The position numbers and the translations under genes were made by a program. Below, piece after piece: positions 25,851 to 39,009 of a stretch of DNA of 64,000 nucleotides. This DNA comes from Octopus vulgaris (lineage: Eukaryota): NCBI GenBank assembly GCA_951406725.2, contig OX597815.1, positions 38,936,001 through 39,000,000 of the forward strand, written 5' to 3'. The notes beneath the pieces were generated by a model. The model made no database searches, was not told where the DNA came from, and saw only the letters and a program-made list of their open reading frames with translations. Within the stretch, counting starts at the first letter, position 1, and every line of letters starts with the position of its first letter.

Positions 25851-28830
25851 TGTTATGACGAGAGTCATTGACACCCCTGTGGGATTGGAAGACAGGACTA
25901 GCCGAACTCTTACAAAAAGTAGCGTATTGGTTGAGACCAGAGAACAGTCGTAAGAGTCGTTGAGAGTTCGTGGAAGTCATTGGAAGTCGTTGAGGCTATT
26001 GGAATATTGTGTTTAGTGGAGTAATTTGAAGTACGTGTCTTCTCCCCGCTTCGTGAAACCTGTATGTCCAACGCATAGAAGGATATAAACGTATATCCAA
26101 CGCATAGAAGGATATCCATTTATAAAAGTGGTGACGTATTTATTCGAAGCTTATGTCGGGCACTAACATTTTTTTTTTACAAAAATCAAAGATAAATTAG
26201 TTAACGGGGAAGATTCATTAGCCTCCGTGGTGCAGTTGCAACAGTAACAGCTGCCACAGCAACATCAGTTACAGTAACAATTACAACAACAACAACAATA
26301 CCAACAGTTGCTAGAATTAATGTTGAAGTCCAATAATACTTCAGGTTAGTTCTTGCCAGACGGCGTAGTAAACGCAATTGCAGAATTTAGCTATAACCCA
26401 GAAGAAGGTATTACTTTTGCTGCATATATCCGAAGATATGAAGAAATCTTCAAAGAGGAATGCAAAAATTGGAGGGACAATAAAAAGGTATGACTACTTT
26501 TAAGTTAATTATCCTCTACAGTGCAGGAGTAGCTGTGTGGTAAGCAGCTTGCTTACCAACCACATGGTTCCAGGTTCAGTCCCACTGTGTGGCACCTTGG
26601 GCAAGTGTCGTCAACTATAGCCTCGGACCAACCAAAGCCTTGTGAGTGGATCCGGGTAGACGGAAACTGAAAGAAGCCCGTTGTATATATGTATATGTGT
26701 GTGTGTGTGTGTTTGTATGTCTGTGCTTGCCCCCCCCCAACTTAGCGGTTCGGCAAAAGAGACGGATAGAATAAGTACTAGGCTTACAAAGAATAAGTCA
26801 TGGGGTCGATTTGCTCGACTAAAGGCGGTGCTCCAGCATGGCCGCAGTCTAATGACTGAAACCAGCAAAAGAGTAAAAGAGTACCGAGCACGAAAAATTC
26901 TGTAACTACATTCTGCCAAAATATAAAAACATGTGAAATTTGTTTCGATAAAACAATTAAGATTGTTATCGAAAATTTTCCGTGAGAGAAGTTCTCTGTT
27001 CAATACTCGCTGGAAGTTTTTGAAATTAACAAAAAAAGATGATGACCATTTCGTCACTTATGCCAGAGTCCTCAATTGAGAATGCGAAACATTTAGACTA
27101 AAAGAATTGACTCCGGACATGTCCGAATGTCTGGTTTTCGCTCAAGAGTTAACTGCAAGCAAAGATGCAGAGATACGTGCATGGATATTGACAAAATTAG
27201 AACAGGACTAGAATTTGACTTTGCAGGTAGTGGCAGAAGAATGCTAAAGAATTATTAATCTACGACATGTCGCAAATAAAATCGAAGAAAAGGATTACTC
27301 TCACGTCATGCGTGTCGATCTGTAACGGATAAAGAAAAAGAAAAATGAAGACGAAGACCCAATCGATACTATAGGTTCGGAGATCTACATTTTAAAAATA
27401 ACTGTCCGTTTAAAACTTTTAAATGTTTTAACTATCAAAACGTCGGACATAAAAGCTCACAATGCAAAGTAAAAGAAAGGTGGAACGGAAAAAAATTCTG
27501 GAGAGGTTTTCTCAACAGAAAGTCTAGGCGAGTCTCACAATAGAAAGTTTGTGTACATAAAAATTAATAACGTGAACGTGAAATTACAGCTAGATATAAG
27601 CAGGGATATTACAACTATTAACACTGATACATGGAAAAAATAGGAAAGCTTACATTGATGGAAACTTTAAAAGTTGCGAAAGGTGTCAAAGGAAAAAAAA
27701 ATTACAGTTTGGGGGCAAAATGATAACTGAGGTTACTTTTCGAGATAAAACCTTGAAAACAAAAGTGTTCGTGTTAAATAATACAACAAACGTCTTCGGT
27801 ACTGACTTGATGGAATTGTTTAATTTATGGGACCTTCCTATAAATCTGTTCTGCAAAAACATAAATGGTTTTTCCTCCAGTAAAAACAAGTCGTCCGACG
27901 AAATAAAGGGAAAAGTAAAAAACTATCTTTCTTGAAGTTCTGTCCGATAAATTAGGTCTGTGTACCAAGACAAAGGTGTGTTATTAAATAAAAGAAAACG
28001 CCATACCTGTATACAAACCAAAACGTACTCTTCGCAGCGATGAAGCAATGGTACCCTTCGCAACGATGAAGCAAGTCAATGAAGAACTAGAGAGACTAGA
28101 AAAACTTGGAGTTTTCCAAAAAGCGGAATATTCTAAACGGGCGGCACAAACTATGTATACTAAGAAAAAGAATAAAATCAGAGTGTGCGCTGATTTTTCC
28201 ACTAGGTTAAACGAATGTCTTAAAACGAGCCACTATCCGCTACCTACCCCGAAGGATATTTTTGCAAAATTAAGCGGTGGAAAGATATTTTCCAAATTGG
28301 ATCTCTCTAACGCGTACCTACAAATTAGAGTAGACGATGAATGCTCGAAATACCTAACAGTTAAGATTATGAAAAGGACTGTGTAAGTACAGGTTACTAT
28401 TCGGTTTAAAAGTCGTACCAGCGATTTTTAACAGATTATAGATGCAATGTTAGCGAACTTACAATTTGCAATTCCATATCTGAATGATATACTCTTTAAA
28501 AGCGAATCCCGGGATCAACACGTTGAGCACGTGACATATGTATTTGAAACAATTATTGATTACGGCTTTACCTTGTGTCAAGAAAAGTGTGAATTTTTCT
28601 TACCAGAAATAAGATATTTAGGACAAATTATTGATTGAAATGGACAATGACCTGACTCGTCGAGGACAGGCGCAATTACAAATAGGCCGCCTCCGACTAA
28701 CTGGCAAATTATTACCAAAATTATATTTTAAATATGCATAATGTTAGGGTTCGACCTAATAATTTGCTGAAAAAAGATATGAAGTTGAATTGGTCAGAAA
28801 ATTGCCAAAAGGCGTTTGACGAAATTATCT
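25851..28830 (+). mobile_element. Decayed Ty3/Gypsy LTR retrotransposon (Mag/K02A2.6-like gag-PR-RT)
   Basis: Candidate LTR from tgttatgacg, then a PBS-like tggtgacg at ~26129. Gag EFSYNPEEGITFAAY..RYE and SLFNTRW; protease-like KLQLDIS.DIT; RT IRVCADFS..LN, IFSKLDLSNAYLQI, PYLNDI and EIRYLGQII. A SINE-B is nested at 26521-26880. Confidence 0.92.
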
Positions 28831-29039
28831 TTCCTCTTTGGTGTCATCAACTTTCAAGCGACACTATACTCACACGTCTCCCCTTCTTTTTGTGTATGCC
28901 TTCGGCAAACTATTAGATTGGCATCGATTACCATTTTTCTTTCAAATGTTCTGTTCTATCCTCATTTTCAATTCATTTATATATATATGTGTGTGTGTGT
29001 ATGTATATATATCTATATCTATCTACCTCTCTATATATA

Positions 29040-29085
<46 letters not shown>

Positions 29086-29338
29086 AATAAATGGTGAGCC
29101 AAAAAATAACACGCTCCGGAATGTTTCAATTCTTCTAAAATTGAATAAAACAAATAAAATAATGAGTAATACACGCGTACTTATACATGGTAAACAAAAT
29201 GAAGAAGAAGAAGAAGAAGAAGAAGAAGAAGAAGAAGAAGAAGAAGAAGAAGAAGAAGAAGAAGAAGAAGAAGAAGAAGAAGAAGAAGAAGAAGATTTCT
29301 AATTGATGTATCAATACCAGCAGATGACAACTGCTTCA

Positions 29339-31028
29339 AAAATGAAGACGAAGACCCAATCGATACTATAAGTTCAGAGATCTACATTTTAAAAGTAACT
29401 CTGTTTAAAAATTTTAAATGTTTTAACTATCAGAACCTCGGACATAAAAGCTCACAATGCAGAGTAAAAGAAAGGTGGAACGGGAAAAAAATTCTGGAGA
29501 GGTTTTCTCAGAGAAATTCTAGGATAGATTCACAATAGAAAGTTTGCGTACATAAAAATTAATAATGTGAACGTGAAATTACAGCTAGATACAAGCAGGG
29601 ATATTACAACTATTAACAGTGACACATGGAGAAAATAGGAAAGCTTACATTGAAGGAAACTTTAAAAATTGTGAAAGGTGTCACAGGGAAAAAAAATTGC
29701 AGTTTTGGGTCAAAACAATAACTGAGGTTACATTTCGAGATAAAACCTTGAAAACAAAAGTGTTCGTGCTAAATAATGCAACAAACGTCTTCGGTACTGA
29801 CTTGATGGAATTGTTTAATTTATGGGACCTTCCTATAAATCTGTTCTGCAAAAATATAAATGGTTTTTCCTCCAGTAAAAACAACTCGTCAGACGAAATA
29901 AAAGGAAAAGTAAAAAACTATCTTTCTTGAAGTTCTGTCCGATAAATTAGGTCTGTGTACCAAGACAAAGGTGTGTTATTAAATAAAAGAAAACGCCATA
30001 CCTGTATACAAACCAAAACGTACTCTTCGCAGCGATGAAACAATGGTACCCTTCGCAACGATGAAGCAAGTCAATGAAGAACTAGAGAGATTAGAAAAAC
30101 TTGGAGTTTTCCCAAAACGGAATATTCTAAACGGGCGGCACAAACTGTGTATACTAAGAAAAAAAAGAATAAAATCAGAGTGTGCGCTGATTTTTCCACT
30201 AGGTTAAATGAATGTCTTAAAACGTGCCACTATCCGCTACCTACTCCGAAGGATATTTTTGCAAAATTAAACGGTGGAAAGATATTTTCCAAATTGGATG
30301 TCTCTGACGCGTACCTACAAATTAGAGTAGACGATGAATGCTCGAAATACCTAATAATTAAGATTATGTAAAGGACTGTATAACTACAACAACAGGTTAC
30401 CATTCGGTTTAAAAGTCGCACCAGCGATTTTTAACAGATTATAGATGCAATGTTAGCGAACTTACAATTTGCAATTCCATATCTGAATGATATACTCTTT
30501 AAAAGCGAATCCCGGGATCAACACGTTGAGCACGTGACATATGTATTTGAAACAATTATTGATTACGGCTTTACCTTGTGTCAAGAAAAGTGTGAATTTT
30601 TCTTACCAGAAATAAGATATTTAGGACAAATTATTGATTTAAATGGACGATGACCTGACTCGTCGAGGGCAGGCGCAATTACAAACAGGCCGCCTCCGAC
30701 TAACTGGCAAATTATTACCAAAATTATATTTTAAATATGCATAATGTTAGGGTTCGACCTAATAATTTGCTGAAAAAAGATATGAAGTTGAATTGGTCAG
30801 AAAATTGCCAAAAGGCGTTTGACGAAATTATATTTCCTCTTTCGTGTCATCAACTTTCAAGCGATACTATCCTCACACGTCTCCCCTTGTTTTTGTGTAT
30901 GCCTTCGGCAAACTGTTTGATTAGCATCGATTACCATTTTTCTTTCAAATGTTCTGTTCTATCCTCATTTTCAATTCATTTATATATATATGTGTGTGTG
31001 TGTGTATGTATATATCTATATTTATCTA

Positions 31029-31063
<35 letters not shown>

Positions 31064-31066
31064 CTA

Positions 31067-31111
<45 letters not shown>

Positions 31112-31248
31112 GGTGAGCCAAAAAACAACACGCTCCGGAATGTTTCAATTCTTCTAAAATTGAATAAAAATTAAATGTATAATACACACGTACTTATACA
31201 TGGTAAACAAAATGAAGAAGAAGGAGGAGGAGGAGGAGGAGGAGGCGA

Positions 31249-31282
<34 letters not shown>

Positions 31283-31384
31283 AGAAGAAGAAGAAGAAGA
31301 AGAAGAAGAAGAAGAAGAAGAAGAAGAAGAAGAAGAAGAAGAAGAAGATTTCTAATTGATGTATCAATACCAGCAGATGACAAC
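29339..31384 (+). repeat. Tandem duplicate of ~27341-29331 (Gypsy PR-RT, flank, (GAA)n and an R4 snippet)
   Basis: Near-identical ORFs (28447 vs 30450; 27720 vs 29619). Both units start aaaatgaagacgaagaccc and end cagcagatgacaac. Confidence 0.95.
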
Positions 31385-31860
31385 GTTTTTCTAAAAGAAA
31401 CGGAGAAACTTTCAAAATATATTTCGTTTTTGGATTTGGTTTGCAAGATTCTTTATGCGAGTTCGTGTGTTGAAGCATATTCTGTTGTGTCTATGGAAAG
31501 TCATTTTCTTTTTATGCCTTGTAATTTAACACACTCACCGATAAAATTTCCATTTATTTTTATTTTTATTTTCCTAAAATTTTCGTTGCGTCTTGCAACC
31601 TTTTCAATAGTCTTGACTCTCAATACAAAGACCGGGAAATTGAGGTAACTCGAATGTGAAATGCAAAAAGAGAAACAATTCCTATCATAGTGGGTGCATT
31701 AGGTATGATAAAAAAAAATATTCAGACAAATACATGAAAAAACACCAGGACTTACAAATATATACAACATACAGAAAATTGCACTACTGGGCACTGCATA
31801 CGTCTTACGCAAATCACTTTCAATACAGTAACCATAAGAGCATCACAGCAAACCAAAGTA
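31348..31860 (+). mobile_element. 3' fragment of the 7254-9622 Dong family, split by a ~200-bp insert at 31420-31621
   Basis: Matches 9350-9650. The insert is flanked by aata/aata and ends in a hammerhead-like fold (31574-31610, minus strand). Confidence 0.85.
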
Positions 31861-31894
31861 AAGTTAGGGGTTACCACACGAGTAAACATATAAG

Positions 31895-34800
31895 GAGAAA
31901 AATCTGAAAATGCAGGAGTCATTTTAAAGTATCTATTAACCAAACCGGTTTCAATTATTTAAAAAAAAATCAAAAGTATAGTATTAGTCTTTTTGTATCT
32001 TCTGTTCTGTCAAAATTTAGTTTACATAAATGTTTTCAAATCTTGTGATATCGTCTTTGATAATGATAAGAAAAAATTTGAGGCTCTGTGTATTCTCTGT
32101 GATGAGACAAAAAATAGTTTACATGAAAACATTTAGATCAGATAATAAGACTTTTTACAAAGATAAGAAGATAAAAATTAATCTAAATAAATTTATTCAA
32201 ATCAAGTAACAGAGTTTTCAACAAGGAGATAAGACGTGCCTGGTTTGTCAATCACTGGGTACTAAAGTTTTAGTTTCACTGTGATCAGAAACCATAATTG
32301 TTTGTAACATCTTAATTTGAAAAAATAGGTGAATACAGAAATAACAGACCATTTATAGTTCTCGGATCTGGCTGTTGGGTTTCGCATCAGGCTGGAATTT
32401 GATAGCTGCCATTATTTTATACAGAAATGGTGGCTCAAAATTGCCTTCTTTTTAAAAAAAAACAATGTGGTTGGTTGATAGCAGCCACGTGATCAAAAGA
32501 TGGTTCTGTTTTTTATAAAAGGTGACTTAGAATTGCTTCTCTCTGAAAATAGTATGGATGGTTGATGGCAGTCACATGATCGAAAGGTAGTTCACGACTG
32601 TTCTTATTTCTAATAGTTGCTGTAGAGCCAAGAAAGGCTAGTTTAGTGAGCTGGTTCTGATATGGTTCAATAATTTTGGCTGGCGCTTTGGGGTTTGTAC
32701 GTATGACTCACAAGTAAAGAATGGTGCGTATTTGCGTGTATGCGTATATGTCTACGTATGTGTTTGTTCTGGTCACGACGGTGTGTGCGTGAACGTGGTT
32801 AAGCGTGTGTGTGTGTATGTGTGTGTGTGCTTGTCTGTGTGTGTTAACGTGTATCCGTGTGTATGTGTGTGTTATATTTCTCAGGGCGTTGTGTATGTTC
32901 GTGTGAATGTGCATTTTTATGTGTGTGTTACGTTTGTCAGGGTGGTTTACATGTGAGCTTGTGTGTATGCATGTTTGTGCGTGAGTGTGTGCGTGTGTAT
33001 TTGCGTGTAAGTGTATGTGTGTATGTTTGTTCCTGGTCAGGGAAGTGTGTGCGTGCACGTAGGTATGTGTGTGTGTGTCTGTGTACGTGTGTGTTACAAT
33101 TGTCCGGATGGTTTGTGTATGCATGTAAGTGTGTATGCTTATATATGTGTATGGGTTATATTTGTCAGGGCGCTGTGTATGTACGGGTGTGTGCATGCGT
33201 ATGTATGTGTGTGTTATAATTGTCAGAGTTGTGTGTGTTATAATTGTCAGAGTTGTGTGTGTGTACGTATATGTGTGCGTTACGTTTGTCAGGGTGGTAT
33301 GCATATGTGCATGTGCATATATGTGCGCGTGGGAGTGCGTGTGTATGAGTGTGTTGCGCTTGTTAGAGTGGTGTGTGCATGTGCATGTAGGTATGCGTGC
33401 GTATGTGTGTGTGTGCATGTGTGTGTATTTTTGTATTTATCGGGACACTGTGTGTGTGTGTTTGTGTTTGTGCTATATTTGTCAGTGCGGTATGTGTGTG
33501 TACGAAGGCGGCGAGCTGGCAGAATCGTTAGCACGCCGGTCGGAATGCTTAGCGGTATTTCGGCTGCCGTTACGTTCTGAGTTCAAATTCCGCCGCGGTC
33601 GGCTTTGCCTTTCATCCTTCCGGGGTCGATTAAATAAGTACCAGTTACGCACTGGGTTCGATGTAATCGACTTAATACCTATGTCTGTCCTTGTTTGTCC
33701 CCTCTATGTTTAGCCCCTTGTGGGTAATAAAGAAATAGGTATTTCGGCTGCCATTACGTTCTGAGTTCAAATTCCGCCGACGTCGACTTTGCCTTTCATC
33801 CTTCCGGGGTCGATAAATTAAGTACCAGTTACGCACTGGGGTCGATATAATCGACTTAATACCTATGTCTGTCCTTGTTTGTCCCCTCTATGTTTATCCC
33901 CTTGTGGGTAATAAAGAAATATGTATGTGTGTGTACGTGTGCGTGCATGTGTATATTGTGTTTGTCGAAAAGGCGTGTGCGCTCGCACGTCTGCATGTGT
34001 GCGTGTGTGCTATTTGTATTTCTCAGAGCGGTATGTGTGTATGTGTGTGTGTTTTGTGTTTATCAGGGCGGTGTGTGTATGTGTGCGTGTGCAAGTATGT
34101 ACGTGTATGCGCTTGTGTATGTGTGTATATATGCGTGTCTGTGAGTGTTTGTTGTGACTGTTAAATCGTATTGCGTGTGTATGTGTCTGATTTTTATAGA
34201 AATGTGTATGTGTTTTCCTGGGAAATGGGAATATTGTGTTTATGTGTGCATGTGTATATGCGTGTGTGTGCGTGAGTTATATTATATTTGTGTGTCTATC
34301 TGTGTATGTATCTGTGTGTGCGTTTGTTGTAGATGTGTGTTTCTGGGAGATAGAGATATTGTGTTTATTTGCGAAAGCGTGCAGAGAGTGTGCGTGTGTG
34401 TAGGAATTAGAATATTGCCTAGTTGTTCCGACACCAGTCGACAGTGCAAGTATATATTTTAAGATATTGGTGTGTGTTTAATTGTGTTCTGTATTTTTGA
34501 ATAAAAATGTACTCTTATTTATTTGTGTTTGGTCAGTGGTGCTGTCTGGGCTAAGGTACAGTGGGAAAGCTTGTAATTGGGGGACTTATTTTTTGAACAG
34601 AGATCTAAGTGGCCACTGAGTGGTATCTGTCTTGTGGTGGGGTCCCGCAATTGTTAGCGGTAGGTTGTCATCATACCTCTAAGGAGAAGGTTAGTTTGTC
34701 CTATGTAATCTTTGTGGCACCCTTTACACCTAATGACAAATTTAGTTTTTTGATGCACCAATGCAAAATTACCCACCACACATACACACACACACGCACA

Positions 34801-35823
34801 CATGCGCACCACTCTGACAAACGTGACACATATACACATGCATACACATGAACACACACTGCGCCCTGATAAATATAACACACACAAACACACTCATACA
34901 CACGTACATATACACATACCACCTGGACAATAATATAACACGCACACATACATACCCATGTGCACCCACACACCACCCTAACCAGAAAAAAAGACATGCA
35001 CGTACATACCCACATATACACTTGCACCATTCTTTACTGATGAGTCATACATATTAACCCCAAAACACCAGCCAAAACTACTGAACCATAACAAAACCCA
35101 GCTCACTACAAAAGCCTTTCTTGGCTTTACAACAATTATTAGAAATCAGATCAATCGTGAACTACCTTCTGATCATGTCACTGCCATGAGCCACCCACAC
35201 TGTTTCTAGAGAGAAATTCTAAGCGACCTTCTTTTAAAAACAGAACCATGTTTTGATCACGTGACTGCCATCAACCAACCACATTGTTGTTTTTTTTTCT
35301 TTTAAATGTATAAAATAGTGGTAATTATCAAATTCCATCCAGATGCGAAACCCAACAGCCAGATCCGAGAACAACAAATGGTCTGTTATTTCTCTACTCA
35401 CCTTTTTTTTCAATTTAAGATGTTGCAAACAATTATGGTTTCTGATCACAGTGAAGCTAAAACTTTAGTGCCCAGTGATTGACAAACTAGACACGTTTTA
35501 TCTTCTTGTCAAAAACTCTGTTACTTGATTTGAATATATTTATTTTAACTAATTTTTATCTTCTTGTCATCGTAACAAAATTTTATTACCTGATCGCAAT
35601 GTTTTTATGTAAACTATTTTTTACTCATCACTAAAGATGCCTCAAACTTTTTATCATTATCAGTCTCTATGACTTGATTTGAATACATTTGTATAAACTA
35701 ATTTTTGACACCACAGAGGATACACAAAGCCTCATATATTACTTTCGAAAATCTTTTTAAGTAAGGGAAACCTGTTAAATTAATAAATACTTTTAAAAAC
35801 TCCTGCATTTCAGATTTTTTTCC
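31895..35823 (-). mobile_element. Penelope-like element with ~1-kb inverted terminal repeats enclosing a GIY-YIG remnant
   Basis: 31895-32960 is the diverged reverse complement of 34770-35823. Minus strand 34770-34478 translates as FVIRCKGCHKDYIGQTNLLLRG..R*QLRDPTTRQIPLSGHLDLC..EYIFIQKYRTQLN. Confidence 0.8.
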
Positions 35824-36106
35824 TGTCACATATTGTGAGATTTTAAAATTACATCAAAATTTTCAAATTTGGTATATCGAAATAATTTTCCACGTTAAAT
35901 CCGATTTTGTTATTTATTTGTCTCTAACATCCAGTTGAATTACAGGCGAAGTGGAATTCAATAAAAATCTATAATGGGCCCATAAGGGAGGGGGACTGTA
36001 GAAGACGTTTACAAATCAGCTAAAAAAAGCTACGACACGCGACATCGCCAGCTACAACACACGGACTATTCGTCAGTGCATTTATAAATCTATCTGTTTA
36101 TCTAAT

Positions 36107-36642
36107 TTATTTTACTCAGATGCATATTCGTTTGTTAAGATATAGGGACATTCCTCATTCACCCACAAATCGAATTAATATTTTGTAATACCTTAGCAAT
36201 AAACTTATACCATAAAGGGCAGGTTGGGCATAAAAACGAGAACTGAAGAAGAAACGGAGTAGGACATGAAACAGTGTAATGGTAAACAGGAACTGGGGAT
36301 AACCTTGGCTTTCCCGGTATACCGATCAACTCATTTATTTTATTCAGATGCATATTCGTTTGTTAAAATATAGGGACATTCCTGTATTCACTCACTAGTC
36401 GTATTAATAGTCTGTAATACCTATTTTTAGCAATAAGCTATTGCAATAAAAGTTAATAAAGTTGACTTAATTACACCTGATTCTAAAATTTATATATTGA
36501 CATAAGATTGGGGATAGGCATGGGGGCGAAACTAAAACGGGAACTAAACAGGAAATGGGATGGGACATGAAACAGTGTAATGGGAATGGGAACTGGAAAT
36601 AACCCCCACTTCTCCGGATATTATCGGGTAATTCAGATAGTA
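36107..36642 (+). repeat. Diverged tandem duplication (~230/300-bp units), possibly Helitron-derived
   Basis: tttatttta.tcagatgcatattcgtttgttaa.atatagggacattcct occurs at ~36107 and ~36334. Ends in a hairpin-like ccgga..tcggg then cagatagt; the Helitron assignment is weak. Confidence 0.55.
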
Positions 36643-36706
36643 TATATATATAGACCTCAGAAAATCCACCCTCTCTCCTTAAAGTTGCGTATTCCTCGCA
36701 CCCACA

Positions 36707-36752
<46 letters not shown>

Positions 36753-37086
36753 GTATCTATGAATATACAAAATTATCTATGCAGCGTCGCGTGTATATTA
36801 CAGCTGTATTAACGTTAACATCCCATTTCTACCACTGTTCTCGCCTTCACTGATATAAGTCAACCTCGCTCTGCTACTACCTTTTCCTCCGACTAATACA
36901 TTTGTGAACTTCTCATTTTATCATATAATCCGCCCAACGCCCCGCGCACATTAGAGATTTTTATTGAAATTCAATTAGCCTATTATTGAACTGTATGTTA
37001 GTATAACATTTATTCAGTTTCATGAATATTGGGTCGCTGGTTTAGGCACTACGATGATAACAGACAGAAACTGACATTTATATATG

Positions 37087-37147
<61 letters not shown>

Positions 37148-37157
37148 GCACACACTT

Positions 37158-37220
<63 letters not shown>

Positions 37221-37486
37221 CGGACATACATACATACACGCATACTAATATACATACATACGTACGTACGTACATTCATAAACAGACACACACACACACA
37301 CACATATATAAGGATACATTAAATATAGAGATATTCTATTGACAATTCAATAATTTATTTATATTACATTGAATACTATGAATATACTATATAACATAAC
37401 ATAATAGTATATAAATAATTATAAAAACCGTAAAAGGCCAACAAATTGTTTCGTCATATATATATTTTTTCCTCAGTTTGTTACTT

Positions 37487-37564
<78 letters not shown>

Positions 37565-37565
<1 letters not shown>

Positions 37566-37950
37566 TTAATCCAAACATGAAAACACAAAGAGAAAACACA
37601 ACAACACGAGGACGTGGAACAAGTATAGTGCTATTAGACGCTCACGAAAGGAAAGAAAGAAGGATTCAACGTTTTGAGCGGAGCTCTTCGTCAGAAACAC
37701 AGGAAAAGGAAAGATCTAAGGAAGGGAAGATGCAGGAAAAAATCGCCAACGATACACACGCGGTCGGGATAATTCACAAAAAAAAACAAAAGACAAAGAC
37801 AGGTGGTGTAGACAACAAACAGATGTATTATATAATGCGGGAAGTGAAAATGTCTTTAACGTTTCGAGCCTACGCTCTTCCACAGAAAGGAACACGATGA
37901 GAAACAAGGAGAGAAAATAAGGAATGTGTAGTGCCTAGCGATCTATCATG
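37565..37950 (-). mobile_element. Short non-coding element with two tandem minimal hammerhead motifs, inserted in (TG)n
   Basis: 37854-37889: CTTT-CTGTGGA-AGAGC-gtag-GCTC-GAAACGTT-AAAG. 37664-37698: GTTT-CTGACGA-AGAGC-tcc-GCTC-AAAACGTT-GAAT. Confidence 0.7.
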
Positions 37951-39009
37951 GCGAAGTAGTGGTGATCCCAAAACGAAAGTGCGCGTGCGTGTGTATAAAA
38001 GAGTTTTATGTGCGAGTGGAAGAGGGCTGGTGATCTTGACGTGTGCGTGTGTGTGTGTGTAGGTGTGAAATTGTGGGTCTGGGAAGTGGTCAGTGTTGAT
38101 GTGTGCATGGTGGTGTGCTGTGATGTGATGTGCTGTGTGGTATGATGGTGTAAGGTGTAGTGGTGTGTAGTGTGGTGTGGTGTGATGGTGTTGGGAGGTG
38201 GGGGAGGTGAGAGTGGGGAAAGCAAGGGTAGGGTGTTTCTTTGTATCTGTGTTTGTCCCTCCTCCCAATCACCGCTTGACAACCGGTATTTTTTTTGTGT
38301 TTAAGTCGCCTAATGTAGCGGTTCGGAATAAGGAACCGATAGAATAAAAAATTAAGTCCGGAGGTCGATGCGTTCGACTAAAACACTTCAAGGCGGTGCT
38401 CCAACATGGCTGCAGTCAAATGACAAATGACTGAAACAAGTAAAAGAATAAAAGAATGTGTGTGTGTGTGTGTATACATGCACACCACACATACACCCAC
38501 ACACACACACACACACGCACACATGCACACACACACACACATTGTTTGAAATCATTTTCTTTTCTGAACATTTGCCACTAAATTTTGACTTTTCGTAATT
38601 CATTTACATTTATTTATTCAATTTTGTTTTGTTTGGTTTGGTTTTTTTTTTTTCATTTTATCTGATTCTTAATTCTACAAAATAAAGGACGAAATATTTA
38701 TTGCCAAGGGTCCTCATGGCCGGGAGTCAAAAACTTTTTGTAGTTTGGGGTGGGGTGGGGGGTTAATGAAAAAAACAGAAACATTGGAAGTAACAATAGC
38801 AACCATTGTTCATAATTTAGGCACAAGGTCAGCAAATTTAACTGTGGTCAAACTCAGATCATAAAGTTTCTAAAAAATACTGCAGGGCATTTTGTCCGGC
38901 ACTCTAATAATTCTTCACGATTCTCTTATCAGCTAACCCCACACGCTCTAAGTGTACAGCGAGGATGATGTGCCTATCACCCACTAGAACTGACTAGCGG
39001 CACTTTCCC

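Noticed and set aside
33554-33921. Regularly spaced repeats as a possible CRISPR array
   Set aside because: These are 184-bp SINE units with no unique spacers or cas genes, in a eukaryotic context.
35030-35060. ctgatgagtc in the inverted arm as a hammerhead core
   Set aside because: No nearby matching GAC-GAAA or stem I partner, and the other arm reads cttgtgagtc.
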